DNA of 62,192 bases from an uncultured Rhizobium sp. (GTDB lineage: Bacteria > Pseudomonadota > Alphaproteobacteria > Rickettsiales > UBA1997), in contig CAZCWN010000002.1 of assembly GCA_964502375.1 (NCBI GenBank), positions 1 through 62,192 on the forward strand, written 5' to 3'. The notes beneath the pieces were generated by a model. It saw only the letters and a list, made by a program, of their open reading frames with translations. It had not been told where the DNA came from and did no database searches. Positions 40,358 to 49,245 of this stretch are shown here, in pieces; the first letter of the stretch is position 1, and every line of letters starts with the position of its first letter. A program made the position numbers and the translations under genes.

Positions 40358-41140
40358 ATGACACTACCTATTTCAGTTTTTATAATTACTAAGAATGAAG
40401 CTGATCGAATTTTAAAGGTAATTGAGGCAGTGAGAAATTTTGCTGATGAAATTTTGGTAATTGATTCAGGTAGCGATGATAAAACCTGTGAAATCACTGC
40501 CAAGGCGGGTGCTAAGGTAATATTTAATGAGTGGCAAGGTTATGGTCAGCAGAAAATTTTTGGTGAAAAACAATGCTGTAATAAATGGATTTTAAATATT
40601 GATGCTGACGAAGAAGTTTCTCCTGAACTTAGCGCTGAAATAAAAGAAATCTTTGCCAAAAAAATTCATGAAAATTTTTGGGGGTTTAGAATCAAAATCG
40701 TCAATAAATTTCGTTTTGAAAAAAAGCCGAAAAGATTTGCCTATTATTACAATCAACTGCGCCTTTACAACAAAGATTTTGCTGGTTTTAAAAACAGCCC
40801 TGTCCATGATTCCGTTGAGCTGAAAGAGAAGAACTTAGCTAAAATTTCCCACTTAAAAAATATAATTTATCACCAGTCTTTTCGTTCTTATTCTCACTGG
40901 ATTGAAAAAATTAATTCTTACTCACAAATGCAGGCGCAGGATAGTTTCAAAAAAGGACAATGTCCGTCGAAAATAAAAACCTTCTTGATTCCAAGCTTCG
41001 CTTTCTTAAAAGCCTATTTTTTCAGGCGTTATTTTATTTATGGTTTCGACGGAGTAATTTTTAGTTATCTTTTTGCCTTTTCGCGTTTTGCTAAAGCAAT
41101 TAAAACTCGTGAACTATTCCAGGCGGAAAAATCAAATTAA
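40358..41140 (+). CDS. Family 2 glycosyltransferase (LPS-core type)
   Basis: 260 aa. ISVFIITKNEADRI, VIDSGSDDKT, and NIDADEE (DxD). Confidence 0.8.
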   Translation: MTLPISVFIITKNEADRILKVIEAVRNFADEILVIDSGSDDKTCEITAKAGAKVIFNEWQGYGQQKIFGEKQCCNKWILNIDADEEVSPELSAEIKEIFAKKIHENFWGFRIKIVNKFRFEKKPKRFAYYYNQLRLYNKDFAGFKNSPVHDSVELKEKNLAKISHLKNIIYHQSFRSYSHWIEKINSYSQMQAQDSFKKGQCPSKIKTFLIPSFAFLKAYFFRRYFIYGFDGVIFSYLFAFSRFAKAIKTRELFQAEKSN

Positions 41141-41143
41141 TTC

Positions 41144-41695
41144 ATGAACAAGGTAGTGAGGAAAATACTTTTTATTTTAATTGGCTTCTCTTTTTTCTCT
41201 TGTGGAGATCTCAGGGAAAGCCCTGTTATTTATTTTAGTAATGCTAGCTCAGAGCCAATATCCTCTATTGAGGCAACGTGGGCAAGGAAAAATGTTTTAA
41301 CACTATCAGAACTTAATCCTGGTGACAGTAGAAGCCAATCTTTTTATATAAGCAGTAACTCAGATTTTTTTGGTTTTATCATGGTTTCATGGGTTAATGC
41401 ATCTGGTAATAAAATTACTAAAAAGTTCCTTTTTAAAGAAAACAATTTACCCGATATTAGTGATTTCACCAATTATAATTATGTACAACTATATCTAGGG
41501 CAGGAAGATTTAGATGTTATTACTAGCAGCTCACCCGATGTAAGTGGCAAAACTCGCCGAATGGAAGCCTTGCTATCACGATATAGAGAAGAGTTCTTAC
41601 GGTATCATCCTAGTAGTAAGGGGTCGAATTCTCTTATCAGTGCCCATCCTAAGAAAGACACCACTATTCCTTACTGGCTGAATAATTCTTTCTAA
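41144..41695 (+). CDS. Hypothetical lipoprotein
   Basis: 183 aa. Signal peptide with a lipobox-like FFSC|G. I recognise no family. Lies 3 nt after the GT2 gene. Confidence 0.55.
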   Translation: MNKVVRKILFILIGFSFFSCGDLRESPVIYFSNASSEPISSIEATWARKNVLTLSELNPGDSRSQSFYISSNSDFFGFIMVSWVNASGNKITKKFLFKENNLPDISDFTNYNYVQLYLGQEDLDVITSSSPDVSGKTRRMEALLSRYREEFLRYHPSSKGSNSLISAHPKKDTTIPYWLNNSF

Positions 41696-42756
41696 AAGCT
41701 ATTTGGTTTAAATAGCAGTGACGCATCACCGTATGAATAAAAACGATAACGTTGTGAGATAGCGTGGTTGTAGATCTCAAATGCCTTTTCTTTTCCCACA
41801 AAAGCACAAATCAGCATAAATAAAGTTGATTCTGGCAGATGAAAATTTGTCATCAAAACGTCAACATTCTTAAATTTATAAGGTGGGTGAATAAAAATTT
41901 TTGTGCTTTTTTGCATTGGGCTCACAATACCATTTTCATCACTTGCTGATTCCAGGACGCGCAAAGATGTAGTGCCTACTGCAACAATTCTTTTTCCGGT
42001 TAATTTTGCTTCATTGATAATTTTTGTTGCTTCTTCAGAAAGGGAAAAAAATTCACTATGCATTTTATGATCGCACAAAAGATCGCTTCGCACTGGTAAA
42101 AAAGTTCCGGCACCAACATTTAGAGTTACAAAAGCTTTGCGAATTTTCTTAGCCTCAAGAGCAGAAAAAATTTCATTACTAAAATGTAGGCCAGCAGTTG
42201 GAGCCGCTACAGCCGTGCCTCTAGCTGCATAAATTGTTTGGTAATTTTTCTGGTCATTTTGCTGCGCTGAAAAATCTGCCGATCTTTTTATGTAAGGTGG
42301 AAGTGGCATATGGCCATATTTATCAAGCTTCTTTGCCAATTCTTCTCCGTCGCAATCAAATTTTATTTTAATGAATCCATCATCAAATTTTTCAATTAAC
42401 TCTACAAAAAAATCTGGGGCAATTTCTAAAATATCACCTGCTTTTACCTTTTTCGCCGGCCGGCACAAAGCGTTCCAAGAACCCTTATTTTGACCTTGAT
42501 TTTCTTGATCTAAATTAAACTCAAGCCGTGCAGAGTTTCGCAAAATTTTTGCAGTTAGTTTGGCTTTGATCACGCGTGCATCATTGAAAACAAGAACATC
42601 TCCAGCTTGCAAAAAATCAGTTAAGCTGATTAGTTGGGAATCCAGAATATTCACGCCATCAAAGACTAGCATTCTGGTTTTTTCTTTAGGAAAAAACGGT
42701 TCTTGTGCGATTAGCTCGCTTGGCAAATAAAAATCAAAATCTGAGGTTCTTAGCAT
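41692..42756 (-). CDS. queA: S-adenosylmethionine:tRNA ribosyltransferase-isomerase
   Basis: The conserved N-terminus MLRTSDFDFYLPSELIAQEP begins at ATG 42754-42756 (the tracked ORF extends to 42822). GLHF and TNFHLPEST motifs. Confidence 0.92.
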   Translation of the reverse strand: MLRTSDFDFYLPSELIAQEPFFPKEKTRMLVFDGVNILDSQLISLTDFLQAGDVLVFNDARVIKAKLTAKILRNSARLEFNLDQENQGQNKGSWNALCRPAKKVKAGDILEIAPDFFVELIEKFDDGFIKIKFDCDGEELAKKLDKYGHMPLPPYIKRSADFSAQQNDQKNYQTIYAARGTAVAAPTAGLHFSNEIFSALEAKKIRKAFVTLNVGAGTFLPVRSDLLCDHKMHSEFFSLSEEATKIINEAKLTGKRIVAVGTTSLRVLESASDENGIVSPMQKSTKIFIHPPYKFKNVDVLMTNFHLPESTLFMLICAFVGKEKAFEIYNHAISQRYRFYSYGDASLLFKPNSF

Positions 42757-43525
42757 GGAAAATAACAAAACGCATTTTGGCTTTAAGGAAGTAAATCGTG
42801 AGGAAAAATCTGGTCTAGTCAAAGAAATTTTTTCTGGAGTGGCCAGTAAATATGATTTGATGAATGATTTGATGAGTGGCGGGGTCCACAGATTGTGGAA
42901 AAATAAAATGGTTGAAAAAATTATTTTTGATGATGCCGCAAAAAATCATCGCGTAATTGATGTGGCCGGCGGCACGGGTGATATTGCTTTTCGCATTACC
43001 AAGAAGGCGCGTATGCAAGAGGTTAAATGCAACATTGATGTGGTTGATATCAATCAAGAAATGCTGGAAGTGGGAAAAAAAAGGGCCGTCGATTTAAATC
43101 TTTTTTCTGATTTGCAATTTACTTGCTGTGATGGAGAAAAACTTTGTTTTGCTGATGAAACTTTTGATTTTTTTACCATTGCTTTTGGCATAAGAAATTT
43201 CACCAATATAGACTTGGCGCTTTCTGAGGCTTATCGAGTGTTAAAAAAAGGCGGGAAATTTATCTGTTTAGAATTTTCCAAAGTTAATGATTATTTTTTA
43301 CAAAAAATCTATGACGCTTATTCTTTTAACATTATTCCAAAAATAGGTGAGGTGGTTTTAAAAGATCACGATTCTTACCAATATCTGGTTGAAAGCATTC
43401 GTAAATTTCCTTCGCAGAATGAATTTAAAAAAATGATTGAAAAAGCAGGGTTCAGAAATGTTTCTTATCAGAATTTAACTTTTGGTGTAGCAGCGATTCA
43501 CAGCGGGGAAAAACCAGGAAACTAA
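42755..43525 (+). CDS. ubiE: Ubiquinone/menaquinone biosynthesis C-methyltransferase
   Basis: 256 aa. KTHFGFKEV, YDLMNDLMSGGVHRLWK, and the SAM motif VIDVAGGTGD. Confidence 0.94.
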   Translation: MENNKTHFGFKEVNREEKSGLVKEIFSGVASKYDLMNDLMSGGVHRLWKNKMVEKIIFDDAAKNHRVIDVAGGTGDIAFRITKKARMQEVKCNIDVVDINQEMLEVGKKRAVDLNLFSDLQFTCCDGEKLCFADETFDFFTIAFGIRNFTNIDLALSEAYRVLKKGGKFICLEFSKVNDYFLQKIYDAYSFNIIPKIGEVVLKDHDSYQYLVESIRKFPSQNEFKKMIEKAGFRNVSYQNLTFGVAAIHSGEKPGN

Positions 43526-43536
43526 ATAAAAATGAA

Positions 43537-43611
43537 TGGTGCTATCGAGTGGAATCGAACCACCGACCTCTTCATTACCAATGAAGTGCTCTACCCCTGA
43601 GCTACGATAGC
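43537..43611 (-). tRNA. tRNA-Thr (anticodon GGU), CCA encoded
   Basis: Minus-strand sequence GCTATCGTAGCTCAGGGGTAGAGCACTTCATTGGTAATGAAGAGGTCGGTGGTTCGATTCCACTCGATAGCACCA folds by hand as a cloverleaf: 7-bp acceptor stem, anticodon loop TTGGTAA, T-loop TTCGATT. Confidence 0.9.
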
Positions 43612-43751
43612 AACTAAAAACCGGGCGAGGCATTAAAATCATCTGGCTAATAATTGTCAATTAGGCCTTTAGGGCTGTTTTTAATTTATTTACTTTTCCA
43701 TCATTACTACTTTCTAGCAAGTTTCAGGAAGCTAAGCGCAAGCTTGCGTTA

Positions 43752-46700
43752 CTAGGTCTTATCAATTTTGTCGGCTGATCCTTGTTGGGTTATGTGATCA
43801 CTTCCCCGCGGAGCAGATTTACCAGAATGATCGCCTCCACGCGTTGGGCCTAGATCGCTGACGGATTTTCCTCTATCGCCAACTATTCGACCAACTTCTT
43901 TCATCTTTTCAGCCCCTCGTCGCGCAATGCCTCTGCCATGTTTCCATATTGCTCCAGCACCACGTTGTTGAATAGTTCGAGCAAGGCCAGCCGCTTTTTT
44001 GAAAAGCTCGAAAGCATCTCTTTTGGATTCTGGTAAACCGCCTCCAACCAATGCGCTGGTGATTTGAGGAATTTCATCCATGAACTTACACAGTAAATAT
44101 ATAATTAGAGCCGCTTTTAAAACGGTAAGAATTTTTGCACGACCATTTTCTAGAAAGATATTTTTCATCATCGGTAAGCCAATACCAATCAGCTCAAAAC
44201 CTGGTGCTTTGCCAAATTTGTTAAACCCAATTAAACAAGCAAAACTATCATTCATAGGGTCAATGATCTGCTGCCCCGGTTGATCGCATTTTGGCAAATT
44301 GCCATCAACATTTGGCTCAACTGATCCATCTGAATTTTGACAGAATTGTTTGCAATACATGGCTTTATATGGTGGGTTGCCATGGAAAGTGGCGCTTCCT
44401 ATCATCGTTTGATCAAATACCGTGCAAAAGACTGCTATATAGGCAAAAAGTATCACTGGTTGTAGCGAATAGCTTATAAGCTTTGAAAGCCAACCATTAA
44501 AGATATTCGTGGTTCTGCTGAATAAAACGCAGGGTATAGCCAAAGGCGAAATGAAGACCAAAATTATAATCGACATTGCTGAGGCAAGAAATATATGCAG
44601 CGCCCTTATCGCGGCAGCGATCATGAAAAATCCGAAGAACATTAACGACATAGAAAAATATATGCCGAGCGGCCCGCTAAATAAACCGGCAATAATTATA
44701 AGGGTAATGTTGGCAACGGAAATTTCAGGGCCAAAGCCAAGATAAACCATCATTTTACAATCTAGCGTATCCCACAGCGCTAGATATTCTTTGCCTGGGC
44801 TATATTTATTTCCAGCCAGTAAGATATCGCCATTTTCCAATGTTATTTCGCCGAATTGGCAACCATCCCTTTTAGATTCATCATTTACGGAAGTGATTTT
44901 GAAAACGATCTGGGAGAATTCAGAAGAAGCTCCATATATGCCATTAAAGAAAGTAGATTGCCAAGCGTCACCAGTGGCAAAATAAAGAACTAATGAAAGC
45001 TTGAGTAGATAGATCATTAGATCTTTTTTGTTTAAAGCGCTCATGCCAAGCAGCGTCTTTATACCTAAAAACATGATCGATAAGCTCAAAACCGCTTTCA
45101 CCACATCTTGCACGGAATCTTGCATTGAGGCGAAAAATGAAGTTTCATAAGCCTGATTGCCTTTTTTATACACAAAGCCTCCATCAGTAGCATAGGTGCC
45201 GCTCGGGCAAGTTCCATCAGAGGAGGGATATTCACCATAAGTGGCGCATTCAGAGTGACCAACGCGATTATAGAAAACATTTTCCATTGTTTCTCTAACG
45301 CATTGGGCAATTGGGGCAGAAAAATGTTTCTGATTTCCAATCAAATTTCCGCCATAAGAACGGTTATTTTGAGAGTCGCCAATGAAATCAATGCAGGCAG
45401 AGGAAAAATAAGGGGAAGTTAGGCTGCTGTTATAAATGTAATTGCTGGCTGAGGTTCTAGTGCAGTGAGTTAAATATTGGCAATAATTTCTACAGGCTCC
45501 AGCCTTAGTGTTGTAGGTGCAATCGGCTTTTCTAATCTCGCTTTTATTGGCGCAATTACCGGCATCAACATCCTCTTGGGTGATCATATTCCATCTTTTT
45601 TTATCAGAATCCCATATTCCATCCTGGTAATAATCACAATATTCGGAACCCCCGCCAATATTGAAATTGTAAGGACAAAGGCTGTAACTTGAGGCACAAA
45701 TCAAGCTCCCATTATCAAGAGAGACAGTTGAAAATGTTATCATGGGATTTCCAGGAGTGCCAAGAGCAGATTGTATTGAGTGGTTGTTGAAGGTGCAAAG
45801 AGTGCCAGCAGCGCAAAATTTTGCGTCCCCATGATAATTTATGCAGATGAATTTCTGGCTTCTTTTTTTACAACAATTGTAAGCAGTTAAATATTTCTGT
45901 TGGAGCACGCTGTCGCTCTTATTCAAAGCTCCCGCTAAATATTTCGAACAATTATAGTTACCCGCATTAGTGCCTGTAAGATAATATTTTTGCGGCTTAT
46001 CATTGTCAGAAGGGTCAAGGCAGGTGGCTTCGCTTGTATCATTCGGGCTATCTGAAACTTCCACCCCGCCGTAATACCATTCACGATATTCCTGATGATC
46101 CATATTCAGATTGGCGCCATTAGTGTTTTCAATATCCACTTCTACCCAATCTTGAACTTCTTGTTGGCGACCACCGCCGCTGATGGTGTAAGTACTGGGG
46201 CTAGGATCATTCCAGTTTGAGCCGCAGATAGAGGTGACTTTGTAAACGTCTTTGGCAATGGAATATACAGTGTAGAGCTCAGCTAAAGCAGTGGCGTAAG
46301 TTGAAGCGCCAAGTACGGTTGCTGCGCAGCAAGATGCATTTTGAGTGCTAGCACATTTTGCAGATGCTCTGGCAATGTCCACAGCATCTAAGATTGGTGA
46401 TGGAGTAACTCTGGGGACAGCGCTTCCAATGCCGCATATTCCGTCCATTGCAGCAATTTCTGTTTTAACTGCGGCATAAGTTGTGGCAATTACCGCCAAA
46501 CAAACTGGGTTGGATAAATTAAATTCTATATCTTTCCCGCCATTGGTATAGCTGAAATCAAGGCCTTCTGGCGTTCCATTATTAGCATTACAACTACGCG
46601 TTCTTCCAAGGCCATATTCAGTGCCAGAGACGGCATAGGAATTTTTTACAAAAGAAAAGAATGCAAAAAAAATCGCCAGAAAGATCAGTAAATTATGCGA

Positions 46701-46760
46701 GCTGGATTTGTTTGTTAAAATCTTCACTGAAATATTTTGGGGACAGTTTTGGATAAGCAT
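43752..46760 (-). CDS. Giant VirB6/TrbL-like type IV secretion inner-membrane protein with a Cys-rich N-terminal extension and an Arg/Gly-rich C-terminal tail
   Basis: 1002 aa. Starts 10 nt after the virB4 stop. Contains an N-terminal hydrophobic signal/anchor, a ~500-aa hydrophilic Cys-rich region, then multiple hydrophobic helices (about residues 545-900) as in TrbL/VirB6. Family assignment rests on position and topology, not on a search. Confidence 0.6.
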   Translation of the reverse strand: MLIQNCPQNISVKILTNKSSSHNLLIFLAIFFAFFSFVKNSYAVSGTEYGLGRTRSCNANNGTPEGLDFSYTNGGKDIEFNLSNPVCLAVIATTYAAVKTEIAAMDGICGIGSAVPRVTPSPILDAVDIARASAKCASTQNASCCAATVLGASTYATALAELYTVYSIAKDVYKVTSICGSNWNDPSPSTYTISGGGRQQEVQDWVEVDIENTNGANLNMDHQEYREWYYGGVEVSDSPNDTSEATCLDPSDNDKPQKYYLTGTNAGNYNCSKYLAGALNKSDSVLQQKYLTAYNCCKKRSQKFICINYHGDAKFCAAGTLCTFNNHSIQSALGTPGNPMITFSTVSLDNGSLICASSYSLCPYNFNIGGGSEYCDYYQDGIWDSDKKRWNMITQEDVDAGNCANKSEIRKADCTYNTKAGACRNYCQYLTHCTRTSASNYIYNSSLTSPYFSSACIDFIGDSQNNRSYGGNLIGNQKHFSAPIAQCVRETMENVFYNRVGHSECATYGEYPSSDGTCPSGTYATDGGFVYKKGNQAYETSFFASMQDSVQDVVKAVLSLSIMFLGIKTLLGMSALNKKDLMIYLLKLSLVLYFATGDAWQSTFFNGIYGASSEFSQIVFKITSVNDESKRDGCQFGEITLENGDILLAGNKYSPGKEYLALWDTLDCKMMVYLGFGPEISVANITLIIIAGLFSGPLGIYFSMSLMFFGFFMIAAAIRALHIFLASAMSIIILVFISPLAIPCVLFSRTTNIFNGWLSKLISYSLQPVILFAYIAVFCTVFDQTMIGSATFHGNPPYKAMYCKQFCQNSDGSVEPNVDGNLPKCDQPGQQIIDPMNDSFACLIGFNKFGKAPGFELIGIGLPMMKNIFLENGRAKILTVLKAALIIYLLCKFMDEIPQITSALVGGGLPESKRDAFELFKKAAGLARTIQQRGAGAIWKHGRGIARRGAEKMKEVGRIVGDRGKSVSDLGPTRGGDHSGKSAPRGSDHITQQGSADKIDKT

Positions 46761-46770
46761 CCGTTAAGCT

Positions 46771-49164
46771 CTACCTTTGGCGGCTACGCTCGTAATAGAT
46801 TGGCAGCCAGTCTGCAGGATTTTCGCCGACCTGATCGATAATTTCGTCCATCAAAATTACCGTTTCAGCTCTGCCGGATAAAACGCGAATTATATCATCC
46901 ATCCCACTTAAATCAATACGGGCGATAACCCCATCATTGTCCTGTTTTACCAAGAAAAATCTAGTAGAAGGGTCGGTGGTTTTAACCAGATTAAATTCGC
47001 GTTCTGAAAGCATGAAAACCTCGCGATAGACTTGGGTTGCTTTCAGGTTAGGAAGAAAAATTTGGGTGGCAGTTTGTTGAACCAAAGTATCAGAGATCGC
47101 ACTTTTTGCTGCATCTTCAACCGACTGGGTGGCAAAAACCACAAAAGTGTTAAGTTTTCTTAAAACTTTTAGCCAATCTTTAATTTTTGGTGCGAAAACC
47201 GGATTGTCGATTAGGGCCCAGGCTTCGTCCAAAACGATCATAGTGGGCGAGCCGTCAAGCGAACTTTGGATGCGGTGGAAAAGATAAAGAAGAACTGGGC
47301 CAAGGCTGGCTTTATCTTGGAGAATATTTCCCATCTCAATGCCAAAAACTTTAGCAGAAGTAAAATCGATTAAATCTTCTTCATTATCGAAAAGTTTGGT
47401 GTGTGAGCCCTTGCTGTGCCACATTGCCAACCTACCTGCCAAACTTCCTGGGCCAGATAACCCCATAAAGGGAGCAAGATTGCGCAAACGACGTTGGTTT
47501 TTCGGCAATTTATAATTACCAATTACAGCTTCGTTAATGCGATCGATTTCTTGAGGAGTAAGGGTTGGCGTGTTCGGGTTAGTGACCAAAGCTTTCAGGA
47601 ATTCAACAAGAAAACTGCGGTTTTCGTTAGTGTCGGGCAGTTGGAAAGGATTAAAGCCGGAAGCCTTTGCGGCATCAGGTGTAGTATAACGCCCGCCAAT
47701 AGCGCGCACAAAAATTTCAGCGCCACGATCTTTATCGAAGAAAAACAGGCGGCATCTAAATTTCATTGCTTGGGCGCACAAAAAATTCATCAATACTGTT
47801 TTACCAGAACCAGTTGGACCAACGATCATAGTATGCCCTACATCGCGCACATGGAAGCTGAAGAAATATGGTGTTCCAGAAACAGTGTTTAAAACAGTGA
47901 CAGCGTCGCCCCAATGATTGCCCTTTCTTTTGCCAGAGGGGTAATTGTGGAAAGAAGCGAAAGCAGCGATATTTAGGGTGTTCACCACACTACTGCGTGC
48001 CATGTAATCATTGTTGCATGGTAGTTGTGCCCAGAAGGCTGGCTCAAGATTCATTCTTTCACGAACGCCTGTAATACCTGAGTTGGAGAGCTCAACAACC
48101 GCCATGGACAAAGCGCTTTCCAAAGTTTTTATGCTATCTTCAATACAAAGCACTGTCATGTGGTGTTTGCCGAAAGCGAATTCACCACTCATGGCGGAAT
48201 CAAGCGCTTGATCGATTTCTTGAATTTGTGAAACGGCAACGTCTTCTGATTGTACTAAGCGTCTTTGTTGCAGCTGCATAGAGCTGATCGCCACCATGCG
48301 ATTAATAAAAGAAAATGATTGGGTAATGACTAGTTCAAAAGGCATCTGCATGAATCCATCGAAAACACCGGCATTGGTGGAAGGTCGATATTCCTTAATC
48401 GAAACAATACCCGCATGTTTGACGTTGGTTTGATTATGCACTTCGATTGATTTGCTGCCGAAATAAAGGCGGCTGACTGGCAATTGATGTGAAATCTCTC
48501 CGGCTGAGACAGCAATTGGTTGCGAATGGCCACAATTTACCAGGCGTGATAAAAATTCCAAAATTTCAGAAGTAACAATGCCCTCTTCATTTTCAGACAA
48601 GCTCAGCAAGCGCGCGCCGTAATTTCCATAGCCGTTTAAAATACGCTCTGTCATTTCTTCCAACTCATCAAAAGATTCGCGCATATAATTTTCCCAAGAT
48701 GCTTTGTCAGTTTTGTGCTGAAGCTTTTTTGCCATATGCTCAAGCACGGCAACGCCTGAAGTATCTGGTTTGCGGATGATCGTTAAGTAATGTTCATTGA
48801 TAAAACATTTATCATCAGAGTGCTTCAAAGCCCACTCTCTGTTGACACGCGCAGAGAAAATATCTGGCATATCGCCGTCAGGAAAACTTTTTTCTTTACG
48901 GCGAATGGAGTGGAAATAAAGGGAGAAATTGCCCGAGGCCATGCCTTTCAGCAAGTTGTTGCGCGCGTTTTTTTTCAGGTCGATATCAATATCGTCAGCG
49001 GTTTCAAAAGCGAAGCCTTTGATTTTAATGACGCGAACCAATTCTTCCTTATAGGTTAGAATTGTATCGGAATTCCAATGGCATTTATAGGGAATAAAAT
49101 GCGCCGCTGAAACCTCGCCTTTGGTGATTTTTTCTTTTTCTGGCTTAATTGTTGTAAGGCGCAT
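46771..49164 (-). CDS. virB4: Type IV secretion system ATPase VirB4
   Basis: About 797 aa. Walker A GPTGSGKTV, Walker B MIVLDEAWALI, and a VirB4-type N-terminal domain. ATG at 49162-49164 is preferred to the TTG at 49167. Confidence 0.9.
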   Translation of the reverse strand: MRLTTIKPEKEKITKGEVSAAHFIPYKCHWNSDTILTYKEELVRVIKIKGFAFETADDIDIDLKKNARNNLLKGMASGNFSLYFHSIRRKEKSFPDGDMPDIFSARVNREWALKHSDDKCFINEHYLTIIRKPDTSGVAVLEHMAKKLQHKTDKASWENYMRESFDELEEMTERILNGYGNYGARLLSLSENEEGIVTSEILEFLSRLVNCGHSQPIAVSAGEISHQLPVSRLYFGSKSIEVHNQTNVKHAGIVSIKEYRPSTNAGVFDGFMQMPFELVITQSFSFINRMVAISSMQLQQRRLVQSEDVAVSQIQEIDQALDSAMSGEFAFGKHHMTVLCIEDSIKTLESALSMAVVELSNSGITGVRERMNLEPAFWAQLPCNNDYMARSSVVNTLNIAAFASFHNYPSGKRKGNHWGDAVTVLNTVSGTPYFFSFHVRDVGHTMIVGPTGSGKTVLMNFLCAQAMKFRCRLFFFDKDRGAEIFVRAIGGRYTTPDAAKASGFNPFQLPDTNENRSFLVEFLKALVTNPNTPTLTPQEIDRINEAVIGNYKLPKNQRRLRNLAPFMGLSGPGSLAGRLAMWHSKGSHTKLFDNEEDLIDFTSAKVFGIEMGNILQDKASLGPVLLYLFHRIQSSLDGSPTMIVLDEAWALIDNPVFAPKIKDWLKVLRKLNTFVVFATQSVEDAAKSAISDTLVQQTATQIFLPNLKATQVYREVFMLSEREFNLVKTTDPSTRFFLVKQDNDGVIARIDLSGMDDIIRVLSGRAETVILMDEIIDQVGENPADWLPIYYERSRQR

Positions 49165-49245
49165 CAATTCAGAGAAATTTGGAAAGCTGGATGTTTAGGG
49201 GAGAGAAAAAAAGGTTATTTTTAATGGGGGAAAAGTAAAGAATGT

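Noticed and set aside
40198-40503. 101-aa minus-strand ORF spanning the dsbA-GT2 intergenic region and the 5' end of the GT2 gene.
   Set aside because: It overlaps the well-supported GT2 start, has Ile/Phe/Lys/Ser-rich AT-driven composition, and has no ribosome-binding site or recognisable family. It is most likely a chance ORF in AT-rich DNA.
43526-43751. tRNA-Thr adjacent to the T4SS genes, considered as a sign of an integrative conjugative element or genomic island.
   Set aside because: No integrase, relaxase or conjugative coupling genes are present, and I saw no direct repeat of the tRNA 3' end. The flanking genes are core housekeeping genes, and by eye the composition is indistinguishable from the neighbouring sequence.
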